Shown: piece by piece, positions 10,757-20,749 of the stretch | How the letters are laid out: each line of letters begins with the position of its first letter | Numbering within the stretch: the stretch's first letter is position 1 | Made by a program: the position numbers and the translations under genes | From: Chrysochromulina tobinii | Lineage: Eukaryota | Assembly (NCBI GenBank): GCA_001275005.1 | Contig: JWZX01002728.1 | Location: 1 to 39,266, forward strand | Direction of reading: 5' to 3' | DNA length: 39,266 nucleotides | Notes under the pieces: model-generated | Databases searched by the model: none | Told to the model about the DNA's origin: nothing | The model's input: the letters and a program-made list of their open reading frames with translations, nothing else

Positions 10757-12207
10757 ATGAACGCCGGGCCTGCACGTCGAGCCCGCCGCCCCTATGCAGC
10801 CACCACGACCACCGGTGCAACGGCCTTCGAGGCTGCCGCCAACACGACGTCGAGGAGCGATGACGATGATGACGATGCGCACGAGCGTGCGCACACCCGC
10901 TCGCTCTCTCGTGCTCTCCATGCGGCGGCTACACGTGACGAGGAGCGGATTGCCGAGTTGCTCGCCACACACGCTTGCCAGCACGTCTACATCGACGTCG
11001 GGAGCAATATCGGCGTGCAGCTACGCAAGCTCTTCGAGCCCGCCAAGTACCCAAAGGCCGCATCGACGCACGGCGTGTACGAGCGGTACTTTGGTCCGGT
11101 TGGCGATGCGCGCTGCGCCGTGTGCGCGATCGGCATCGAGCCAAATCCTCACCATCGGCCGAAGTTGACGAATCTGCAGCGGCGCTACCGCGCGGCCGGT
11201 GTGGGTGCGCTTGTGCTCTATGCCGCCGCGAGCGACGTCGACAGCGTGGCGCAGCTCGCGCTTGGTCATGCCGATCGGAAGGACCGGTGGGAGGACTTGG
11301 GTGCGTCGGCGAGCGAGGCATGGGCTGGGCTACGGCGCGTGGGGAATGCCAAGTCACTCACGGTGCCCGTGCGTGCGCTCGATCTCGGCCTCCACCTTGC
11401 ATGCAAGTGCTCATCACAGCGCTGCTCCCTCTCTCCACAGGTGCCCGTGCGTGCGCTCGATCTCGGCCGGGTGATCCACACGATCCATCGGCTGCTCCGA
11501 GATCGTGAGCTCGCGCGAGATTTCGAGCTCGGCCGCGAGCAGCTGCCGCCATTCGTGCAAGTTCGCGCTGGCCTGCCGGCGCTCGCCACGGCGCCACGTG
11601 CGCGCCGCACCGGCCGCATGGTGATGAAGCTCGATGTGGAGGGCCTCGAATTCGCGATCCTTCCCAGCCTTGTCCGCTCGCAGGCGCTGTGCGTGCTCGA
11701 CGCGGTGCGGATCGAGTGGCACACGCGCTTTTGGGACCGCAGGTGGCGAATAGACCTATGATTGACCTCTGATTGACCTCTGATTGACCTCTGATTGGCC
11801 TCTGATTGGCCTCTGATTGGCCTCTGATTGACCTCTGATTGACCTCTGATTGACCTCTGATTGAACTCTAATTGACCTCTGATTGACCTCTGATTGATCT
11901 CGGATTGACCTCTGATTTACCTCTGATTGACCTCTGATTGACCTCTGATCGCTTTGGGGACCGCAGGGTGGCCATGACCGCGGCGGCGGCTCGGAACTTG
12001 AGCTTGACTGACGAGGTGGGCGCCCACGCGATGGAGAGGCTCACAGAGACGATCCGGGGCAGCGTGCGCGCGATGCTACCGGCGAGCGACTGCCGCACGG
12101 TGCTGCTCGAGGCGGACGACGAGTCGTACATGCATGACCGCCAGCCGTGGCCCGTGGCGCCCATCTGCAACCGCACCGGTGGGCGAACCGAATGGGTTGG
12201 GGGATAG
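10757..12207 (+). CDS. FkbM-like (Methyltransf_21) SAM-dependent methyltransferase, 3 exons
   Basis: Exons 10757-11362, 11441-11742 and 11967-12207. Motifs HVYIDVGSNIG, AIGIEPNP, VMKLDVEGLEF, IEWH, DDESY. 5' end uncertain. Confidence 0.75.
11363..11440 (+). mobile_element. Introner-like 78-nt intron: 28-nt copy of downstream exon + shared 42-nt 3' module
   Basis: Intron starts GTGCCCGTGCGTGCGCTCGATCTCGGCC, identical to the next exon start, and ends GCATGCAAGTGCTCATCACAGCGCT-gctccctctctccacAG. The unspliced ORF shows VPVRALDLG twice. Confidence 0.78.
11760..11949 (+). repeat. 11-bp tandem repeat (GATTGACCTCT) x~17 in methyltransferase intron 2
   Basis: Read directly; minor variants. Confidence 0.95.
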
Positions 12208-13099
12208 AGGGGCATCACATATCTGCAACCGGCCAACCGCACCGGTGGGCGAACCGTATGGGTGGGAGGGATAGCGGATAGGGGAGCATCACATCTAAAA
12301 GCACCTTTGGGCGAACCGTACGTGTGGGCCCACACGCGCTGCCGCGTAGACCGTAGTGGTAGTCGAAAGGTTTCAGAGTCTCTTCAGACCGAATGTGAAA
12401 GCGCCGTTCACCGCCCGCGCGGCCTCCGGACCCGGGCCCTCGCCTAACTCCACACATGCGAGCGCTCACCGGATCGGGCGCCCACCTAACCGTCCAATAA
12501 CCATATAACCAACCCGGATCGGGCTTCCGGCATCCGGCGCTTATCCGGCGCCGTCGGCTTGGGGTTGGGCCCGAATTTTATGTTGTCGATCTCAGTTGAA
12601 GAACTCAGTTGTGAGTTGAGAGACGAGAGAGCGGTGAGAGCTGTGGCCGGCGAGAGAGAGAAGAGCGCGATCCTTCGACGTTCTCGAGAAGAGAGTGTTT
12701 CCGATGACGTTAAATCGTTAAGTTATTCGACGGACCGACGGACACGGAGTCTCTGATACAGAGACACACATACACACTCTATCACCCCACTCATCACCAT
12801 AATGCACGATTCATTAAGATTGATGATTCTACTGTCATCAATCTTCATTCCATCTTCAGTTGTATCTCCCGCCCACGACCGTTCCGTCATCATTGGCCCA
12901 TCATGTTGAACTCAGTTGTATCTTCCGCCCACACGACCGTTCCGTCGTCGTGGGCCCATCATGTTAGACATCACGGGCGGCTTGCATCTCAGTTGTTGTA
13001 TCTCAGTTGTATTCACTGTTATGCTCCCGGCCGCTTACTCAGCCGCGAAAGAACGTGCATCAGCCCTGCGCCCGTGCTACGCCCGTGCCCTCGAATTCT

Positions 13100-15277
13100 T
13101 CACTTCGCATTGTCACCGAATGCGAGGCCCTCTAGCCAGACACGGGCTGGAGACGGGTCGTCACCCATCGGAGGCTGCACTGACTGCCAGGGCTCACCGA
13201 CGACCTCTTTTGGCATGATGAGTGCATTGGCGGCGGGGTCGAGCGACGACTCAGAGAGTATCTGGAAACTGGCCATGGACACGCCACACGACTGTGGGCA
13301 TGCCGTACTGACTAAGCCACCGCTGGAGAACGAATATGAGCAGTAGCCGCTCGCCGCAAGGGCGCCGCAGTTAGAGAACCTGTTGGTTGGGCAGCTATGG
13401 CAGGTGTACCGGCAGTTATGGCTCACCCAGCTATTAGAGCCACAGTAGCCGACAGAGTTCCAGAACCAGCAGTGGCCGTTGGGCTGGTCGTTGGAGAGCG
13501 AGCTGCACAGCGAAGGTGGAGGTGGCGGCGGCGGAGAATGGCGGGGCGGCGGAGGCGGGGGAGACGGCGGAGGCGGGGGCTTGGGCGGCGGTGGAGAGAT
13601 TTCATCAGGGCTAGGGTACGCCCAGATCTGCTCCTGGATGCCACCATCGCAGCCGCAGCAGTACTGATTGCTTATGTATTGTTTGCAAGTCTCATTGTGG
13701 GTCCCATGCGTGCGGTAGAAGTCGCAGTCGGCCCAACTGCGACCGTCGTTCCACTCGGTGCCGTCATCGTTGGCCTTGTCGACGCATTGCCCGACCCCCG
13801 TAAGAACGCTTGCAGTGCATGAGTACTGAGCGCGCGCACAGGGGAAACAAGACGCTTGAGCACGCGAGCACAAGGATGCATGCGCGCGTCAGGGGGATTG
13901 AGCTCTCGCCTGCTCAGCTAGCTGGTCAGCATCGAGCTGCGTCATCCCTACACGATTGCCGAGGTGGTACTTGTGATATTCGGCCGGATTGCTCGTGTAC
14001 AGGCTGAATGCGGCGTCCTTGGGGTTGATTGTGTCACTCCCATCAATGGAGAATGCAGAGGCGCTGTAGTGCATGAGGGATAGCATGTCGTAGGGACGGG
14101 CAACGTCGTCCTCCGCCTGCACATGAAAGTTGTTTTCCTTTCCCGCAATGATCTTCGCGAAATTGACCGTCACGTAAGTGTCTCGGTCTGGGCGTGACTG
14201 TTCGTGCGTCTGCCCAAGTGCGTGGAGGAGCTCATGCATGGAAGTGCCGAGAGAGTCGCAGCCGGGCGATTGAAGATTCAGTGCCTGGGATGTCCAGTGA
14301 GTCAGCTCGCCCACGTAGGACCAGCAGCCTGTATCAAGAGACTGGATATAAATGGCAGGGCTGACGAGGCACTCCCCCGCGGATTTGTAGCCAACATCTA
14401 TGAGCATTCCATGAGGCAGCAGCGTAAGCTCAGACTGAGTCCACAGGCAAATGAAGGAGGCCATCCTTCTCATGGGAGGCAATCCCTTTAGGCGTCCTTC
14501 ACACTTCAGCAAATTATCGGAGGCCATCCTTCTCGAGAGGGCGCATGGACAAGGTGCTACGCGCGAGAGTGCAAGTGGCTGCGTGTGCATACCTTGCCAC
14601 TCGATGCATGGCAACACCTTCTCGAACATCTCGACAGAGCGAGCGATAACCTGGCGCACAGCAAGCTTGGCTTCGGCCGCAAAGCAATAGTTGACCTTCT
14701 TGTTTGTCCACGGCTTTCCGGCACCGGCGGTGTAGAGGCTCGTCGCACCGAGCACCCGAGGCCCTCCGCTGAATTCTGGTTCGGTGAGCTCCATGTCACC
14801 CTCGGTCGACGTCTTCTCGGTTTCGGACTCATGACCTGCGGCGCCGCCTTCCTCGAGGTCCTTTCCAGTAGTGCCACCCTCTCCAGCTGCCTCATCGGCG
14901 TCCGAGGCGGTGAACTCCAGCCCAGCTGCTGCGGCCGCAGCGGGCCCGAGAAGGGTACCGACCTCGGTCGCGAGGAGCAGCTTGTGCTCACCTGGCATTC
15001 TTCCGTTCGCCACGTGTGCATCGATTGCCTCTTGCGCCACTTTGAGGGTGAGGGACTTGTGTGCAAAGTGATTCTTCAGAGTGTACGCCATGCTGAGCAT
15101 GCGCTCATCATGCGTCCGTTTCGGGTAGTCCTCGTGCGTCCTGAGTTCCAGATTATCTTTGCCTGAGTCCTTGCTGCGGAGCTCCTCCAGCGCGGGCTCC
15201 AACGCAGGCTCCAACGGCGGTGGGGCGGCGCTGGAGAGTGCAAAAAGGAGCGCAAGCAGCAACATCACCTTGCGCAT
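13100..15277 (-). CDS. Secreted astacin (M12A) zinc metalloprotease with Cys-rich module, Pro linker and ShK-like domains, 3 exons
   Basis: Signal peptide MRKVMLLLALLFALSSA; HELLHALGQTHEQSRPDRD zinc motif; SLMHY Met-turn; GCWSYVG. Exons 15277-14593, 14397-13910 and 13825-13100; the second intron is GC-AG. C-terminal C..W...GYC...W...NCRYTCHSC is ShK-like. Confidence 0.88.
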
Positions 15278-15762
15278 GTTCAGAACGTACTTTCTGCGAG
15301 CGCGGTGGTCGCGTTTAGGGATCGCAGGAAGCGGTTCGCGTGCGGTTCGACATTGACTAGGCAACTTCCAAGTTTGGTTCGCTCTCCTTGATAACAAAAA
15401 TGGATCGGGAACGGAAATCACCATCTGCATGCATGCCCATGCATGCCCGCCTCCTCACATCCTATCCGTGAATCGTGTGAGGCGCTTTTGTATTTAGAAC
15501 CATAAAAGTATCACCAAATTCCCCCGCACTAAATCCTCGAACCAAGCCCCGAATCGTTAACAGCCCTTCCAACTGCTCTCCAACTGCGAGTCCTTCCACT
15601 CTACAGCTGTACACGTCGTCGACTGGCAGAGCACGTCGAGAGTGTGCATTACAGCTGCTTATCATGCTGTGTATTCATTGTTAAATGTAACAGTCCACGA
15701 TCAGTGTACGTCTACGGACTACGCGTATACGGAATACGGCTGTTTAATATGTTCAGCAATAG

Positions 15763-18392
15763 TTAGTCCACGGCCCTACTCACGACCCCGAGCCCAAAGA
15801 GCGATCGCGCCGCGCACGCGCGCAGCAGGTCGTCACGTGCCGCCAGCTCGGAGAGAGCGAACCTGATGAGGGAGGCAATCGGCAGGCAATCAGAACCGAT
15901 GCAGGTCGTCACGTGGGCGGCAATCAGCAGGCAATCAGCAGGCGATGCAGAACCTGTGTCCGACTGGGAGGGCGGCAAAGGCGTTCAGAGGATCGAACAA
16001 GCCCGCCGGCGCATGCATGTACGTGAGCGTGCCCGGCCCACCCGGCATTGGCACCGACTGTGCGATTCTTCGAAGGTCCGTCGGCGGCCACTCGGGTTCG
16101 GGTTCGATGAGCTCGAGAGGGACGAGCTTGATGAGGGTGGTGGCGGCGCTGAGGGAGACGGCACGAGGGTCGCCTGATGCAATCAGGGTCACTCCAGCGA
16201 CCAGCAGTGAGATTGCAGTGAGATTGCAGTGAGATTGCAGTGAGATTGTAGTGAGATTGCTAATGCAATCAGGGGCACTCCAGTGACCAGCAGTGAGAGT
16301 CGGTGATGGCACGAGGTCATCAGTGGTCATCAGTGGTCATCAGCGCGGTCATCAGTGGTCATCAGTGGTCATCAGCGCGGTCATCAGTGGTCATCAGTGG
16401 TCATCAGCAGTGAGAGTCGGTGATGGCACGAGGGGCGCGCTCAGAGTGGTCATCAGTGGCCATCAGTGGCCATCCGTTGTCATCAGTGCTCCTCCGTTGT
16501 CATCCGTTGCCATCAGACGTCAATCAGCAGGCAATCACGTACCTCCGCCGCTCCTCGCGACCAGCTGCGCAAAAGCCGCCTCGCTCTGGGAGAAGGCGTG
16601 CCTCTGCTTGTGCCGCTGCTGCCGCATACGGCGATGCAGCTCCGCCTTCGCCACCCCCTGCTGTGAAGACACTTGAGCGCGAATGCGCGCCCAAAGCATT
16701 TCAAATCGCTGACGCCAGACGCCCAAAGCGGCGCCGTGGTGAGCGCCAAATTTGGTCATGGAGCCGTCGTGGTGAGCACCCATTGTCGTGGTCGATGGTA
16801 TTGTCGTGGCGGCATGGGCGTTGGTATTGGCGTCGGCGGCGGTCGATATTCCGATCGCCGCCAACGACGGCGCGGGCGACACGGACGGCGCGGGCGACAC
16901 GGGCGGCGCGGGTGGCATCACAGCCAGCGCTGGCGGCGCGGGCGGCGCGGGCAGCACAGACGGCATCGGCATCGGGCCGAAGGGCAGCGCCTGACGAAAC
17001 TGGCGCTCGCCAAAGCATGCGGCCCGCACCTGATGAGGGGTGCAATCAGAGGTCATCAGCGAGGCCATCAGAGAGGCCATCAGAGCGCTTGCCAATGCAT
17101 GCGGCCCCGCTCCGCTCAACACAACGTGGCATGATCCGCACCGCATTGAGTGCTGTGGTACTCAGCGATAGGTCGGCTGTCGGAATGGCAATGGTCAGAT
17201 GCAGCGAAGCGCCCGACACAGCGCCCGGCACGGCGCTCGAAACGTTGCCGCTCGCTCCGCCACCGATCGCATCGCCACTGATTGCCTCTGATTGCCCTGT
17301 GCTGATTGCTACTGATTGCCCTGTGCTGATTGCCTCTGATTGCCCTGTGCTGATTGCCTCTGATTGCCCTGTGCTGATTGCTACTGATTGCCCTGTGCTG
17401 ATTGCCTCTGATTGCCCTGTGCTGATTGCCTCTGATTGCCCTGTGCTGATTGCCTCTGATTGCCCTGTGCTGATTGCCGTTGAGTGCCCAGTGTGAGCGA
17501 CGTGGACGACCCCGCGTGGAATGTAGAGCACATCCCCCGGCCGCAGCAGCACGTCCAGCTCTGGAGGCCCGAGGCTCTCCAGCGTCAGCCGCGAGGTCCC
17601 GTCCGGTAGCCGACGGCCATCCTTGCCCGCTTGCTCGTCGGCAAAGGGGCGGCGCTGCGAGAGCGGATGGACGGTCGGCCACACTAGCCAGTGCTTCGTA
17701 CCGTGCAGCTGGACGATGAAGACGTCGTGGTCGTCGCTGTGGGGCGGCACCGTCTGGCTGCCGGGCGGCGTCAGGTAAACGTTCCCGTACGCGTAGCGGA
17801 AGTCCCGAGCCAAGCGCGCGCAGAGCTCGTGCACCCTCGGCCACAGCTTGTCGACGCGGTTGATGATGAGAGAGGCACCGCTGGCATAGGCAAGGTGGGG
17901 CGTGGCATACTCGGTCACGTGCTTCAGGTCTTGGAAGATGAGCAGCTCGGCCGAAGTTCCCGGCAGCGACGCGCGCACGAGCAACTCGTCCATCTCGTCC
18001 AGCGTGAGCGGCGCGTCATCCAGAGGGCGGGCCCTGGCCGTGCGCTGGAGCAGCACCGACTGCCGGTCAAAGTGCTCCGACAGGAAGCGCTCGGGCGTCA
18101 GTGCAGCGCCGAGCAGCTCAGCGAGCGCCTCGAACCTCGATGCGAGCGGCCGTCCCGCGACGTCGGGGACCGCGCCATTGCTTTCTCTCGATTCCATGCT
18201 GCAGGTGGCGGCGAGCGTCACGCCCGTCGGGGCGCTGAGCTGCACGCGCGCCGAGCAGCGCGATGCGGCCTGTACTTCCCAAGCCGCGGGCGAGAACACG
18301 AGCGTCGGGAGAACAAAGTTGACGAGGCGTGAACGAGACGCAACCGGACTTCCAGGAAGCACGGCAGACATTGAAGACCACCCGCACCACAT
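15763..18392 (-). CDS. JmjC/cupin-4 oxygenase, NO66/RIOX/RoxA-like, 4 exons
   Basis: NVYLTPPGSQTVPPHSDDHDVFIVQLHGTKHW, LRPGDVLYIPRGVVHVA, SLHLTI, FRQALP. Exons ~18392-17142, 17029-16543, 16173-15954 and 15862-15763. Start codon uncertain (18461, 18392 or 18371). Confidence 0.8.
17278..17477. repeat. 24-bp tandem repeat (CTGATTGCCTCTGATTGCCCTGTG) x8, in frame within JmjC exon 1 (AISTGQSE repeats)
   Basis: Read directly; translation visible in ORF 17046..18461. Confidence 0.92.
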
Positions 18393-18484
18393 TGAGTTGT
18401 TACAAGAATTTAGAGTTACGTCAATCAAATGACGTGTGGCGCTCGCGAGTTTTGCCGTCATCGCATTTCTCGCCGACGCGAGGC

Positions 18485-18844
18485 ATGGAATACATGACCG
18501 TCAACATCGACTACAAGCATTCGAATTTCAACAATCAGTGCAAGGGCGCCCCGAATCCCTACACTCGGTGGAACAATGAGATGTTTGGCGCGGCACGGCT
18601 CAATCCTTCGCAAACAGCCGTGCGGCGAGCGGTCATAGGGGAACCGCCGCCGCTTGCGGCCGCATCGATGAAGGTTCCCGGCGGCATCGCACTCAGGGGC
18701 TCGTGGCCGACCGCGAGCGCATCGTTCGTACCGTCCGTGGGCTGGACGAACGATGAAAACGCCGCGCCAGCGTTCACTCCGCACAAGAAGCAGAACTTCC
18801 AGTGGCAACACAAGCACTTCGTTCGCCCCCAATCGCAATGGTGA
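18485..18844 (+). CDS. Hypothetical protein, 119 aa
   Basis: ATG-to-TGA ORF with C/G-ending codons and non-shadow composition (N, K, F, W, Y rich); no family recognised. Confidence 0.55.
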   Translation: MEYMTVNIDYKHSNFNNQCKGAPNPYTRWNNEMFGAARLNPSQTAVRRAVIGEPPPLAAASMKVPGGIALRGSWPTASASFVPSVGWTNDENAAPAFTPHKKQNFQWQHKHFVRPQSQW

Positions 18845-19342
18845 GACACGTGCCTGTCCTCGGCGGACCAAGCTTTGGAGTCGTAGAAGTGCAACTGTAA
18901 AGCGTGCGGCTCAAAGGTGAACGTGGAGTAGTGCGTGCCACGTATCGTAGAATAGAGTAGAGAGTCGAGTAGAGTGAGTGAGAGAGAGCGGAGCCGGGGC
19001 GTCGGGAGTCGCGAGGACGCGACGCGCCCGCCGAGCCGCCGTTTGGCGTGTGGCGCGCAATAGTCAACGCAAAATACTGTACCGCGACGCCCAATGACCG
19101 TCTTAGGCGACGAGAATCGAATGCCTACCGCCGTACGTCACGGCTCACGCGTATATTCGACAGACCTATCTCCAATTTTTGTGGTACGCGATACAGTAAG
19201 ACTGCGCTGAGCCCGCGGGACCGCTGTGAGCTGTACATGTAACCTGTATCTCAGCTCAAACACGCTACGCGGCTACAATAGTTCGGCGAACTTTGCGGTT
19301 TCAGAGTTTGCTTTCACGGCGCACACTTTCGTGCCGAGAGAC

Positions 19343-20749
19343 ATGCAAACGTCCGCAACGCCCATGGCGGCCCTCTTCACCGATGACGAGGCTGCGGCGG
19401 CAATCCAGTCGCGGATACGAGGCAGGCACGCGCGCGCCCAGACGAGCCACAGGGCGGCGCAGCGGGCATCCGCGCGCATCGACGACGAGCCATCGATCCC
19501 CTTCACGGCAGATCTCGCCAAGCAGCTTGCCGAGGCTGGCGGCGTCGGCGCGAGCGCGAATGGGATGCACGTCGTGTGCCCTCGGCTGGTCGCAACGGGC
19601 CATAAGCTGGCAGGCTCGCTTAGGACGGCGCTCCGTGGGTTGCCGCACCTCACGGCGGTCGACCTCTCCGACAACCGCCTCACCTCGCTCGCCGGCCTTG
19701 AGGCACTGCCGTTGCTAAACTCGCTCGTGTGCCGCAACAACCGTCTGATGGGCGTGCTCGACTACCGCGCACCGGCGCTCGGCTCGCGCCTGAGCTCCGC
19801 CGACCTACGCGACAATGCCATCGCGGGCGCCGTCAGCCTGCCGCCCGACGCCGACGGCCACGCCGTCGGCATCGAGGTACATACACAACTCGAGACGCTG
19901 CTCCTCGACGGTAACCGGCTGCGCTCCCTGCGCGGTGTGGGCGCCGCGCGCCGGCTTCGCACGTTCTCGGCCGCGCGCAACAGCATCCAGGACACGAGCG
20001 GCCTCGGCCCTCTCACACATCTCCGAGCGCTCGACCTGAGTGCTAACCAGCTCCACGCGTGCAACGAGCTCACGGAGCTGTGTACGCTCCGGACGCTCGC
20101 GCTGCATGGGAACCGGCTCGCGGCCCTACCGGACCTGACGGGCCTGATCGAGCTGCACTCGCTCACGCTCGCCTCCAATCAGCTCCTCTCACTCCCGGCC
20201 CTCGCAGAGGCCCTCACGGCCAACACGCTCAAGGCCTCGATGGATACCGATGGCGACGGGTTCATCGACGCGACCGAGCTCTTGGCATGGAAGGCAAAGG
20301 CGCCGGCGGCGCGCGCGCTGCGCTCGCTCACGGTCGCTAACAACCCCTTCCTCGACCGCCTTCTCGACGCGCGCCTCAGGATCATTCATGCCATCCCGAC
20401 CCTTGCGATCCTTGACGAAATTGACGTAACGCCCGAGGAGACGGTTGCCTGCAAGGGCCTCCACGGCGACGACGCGGCGCAGCTGCTTGCGATCCGACAA
20501 AGACTCTTTCCTGACGTGAACCATATGAACAGTCATAACTTCGAGAACCACCCGAAGCTCATGTTCAGCTACGCCCGCCAGCACTCTGAGCTTTGGCCCA
20601 GGTCGCATGACCTCATCCCGCCGCTCCAGGGCTTCAGCCACGCCGCCGAGCTCTCCGCCGAAAGGATACGCAAGGACACGTACGGGGAGGAGCTGCAACG
20701 GTCGCCTAAGCCTCCGCGCCGCACGGCGGAGCGCTTCGCGGAGCGCTGA
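19343..20749 (+). CDS. IQ-motif + SDS22-type LRR + EF-hand protein (LRGUK/LRRC23-like LRR region)
   Basis: AAAAIQSRIRGRHAR (IQ); repeated LxxLxLxxNxL; DTDGDGFIDATEL (EF-hand loop); LRR cap NNPF..ARLRIIHAIPTLAILDEIDVTPEE. Confidence 0.8.
   Translation: MQTSATPMAALFTDDEAAAAIQSRIRGRHARAQTSHRAAQRASARIDDEPSIPFTADLAKQLAEAGGVGASANGMHVVCPRLVATGHKLAGSLRTALRGLPHLTAVDLSDNRLTSLAGLEALPLLNSLVCRNNRLMGVLDYRAPALGSRLSSADLRDNAIAGAVSLPPDADGHAVGIEVHTQLETLLLDGNRLRSLRGVGAARRLRTFSAARNSIQDTSGLGPLTHLRALDLSANQLHACNELTELCTLRTLALHGNRLAALPDLTGLIELHSLTLASNQLLSLPALAEALTANTLKASMDTDGDGFIDATELLAWKAKAPAARALRSLTVANNPFLDRLLDARLRIIHAIPTLAILDEIDVTPEETVACKGLHGDDAAQLLAIRQRLFPDVNHMNSHNFENHPKLMFSYARQHSELWPRSHDLIPPLQGFSHAAELSAERIRKDTYGEELQRSPKPPRRTAERFAER

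Noticed and set aside
12527..12550. CCGGCATCCGGCGCTTATCCGGC resembles an enterobacterial REP half
   Set aside because: Single short partial match in GC-rich eukaryotic DNA; the GTAG/CTAC end is missing; likely chance.
18559..18894. Minus-strand Cys-rich ORF (CLCCHWKFCFLCG) resembling an IBR/RING fragment
   Set aside because: Lacks the rest of the IBR pattern and is antisense to a better + strand ORF; not fully excluded without RNA data.
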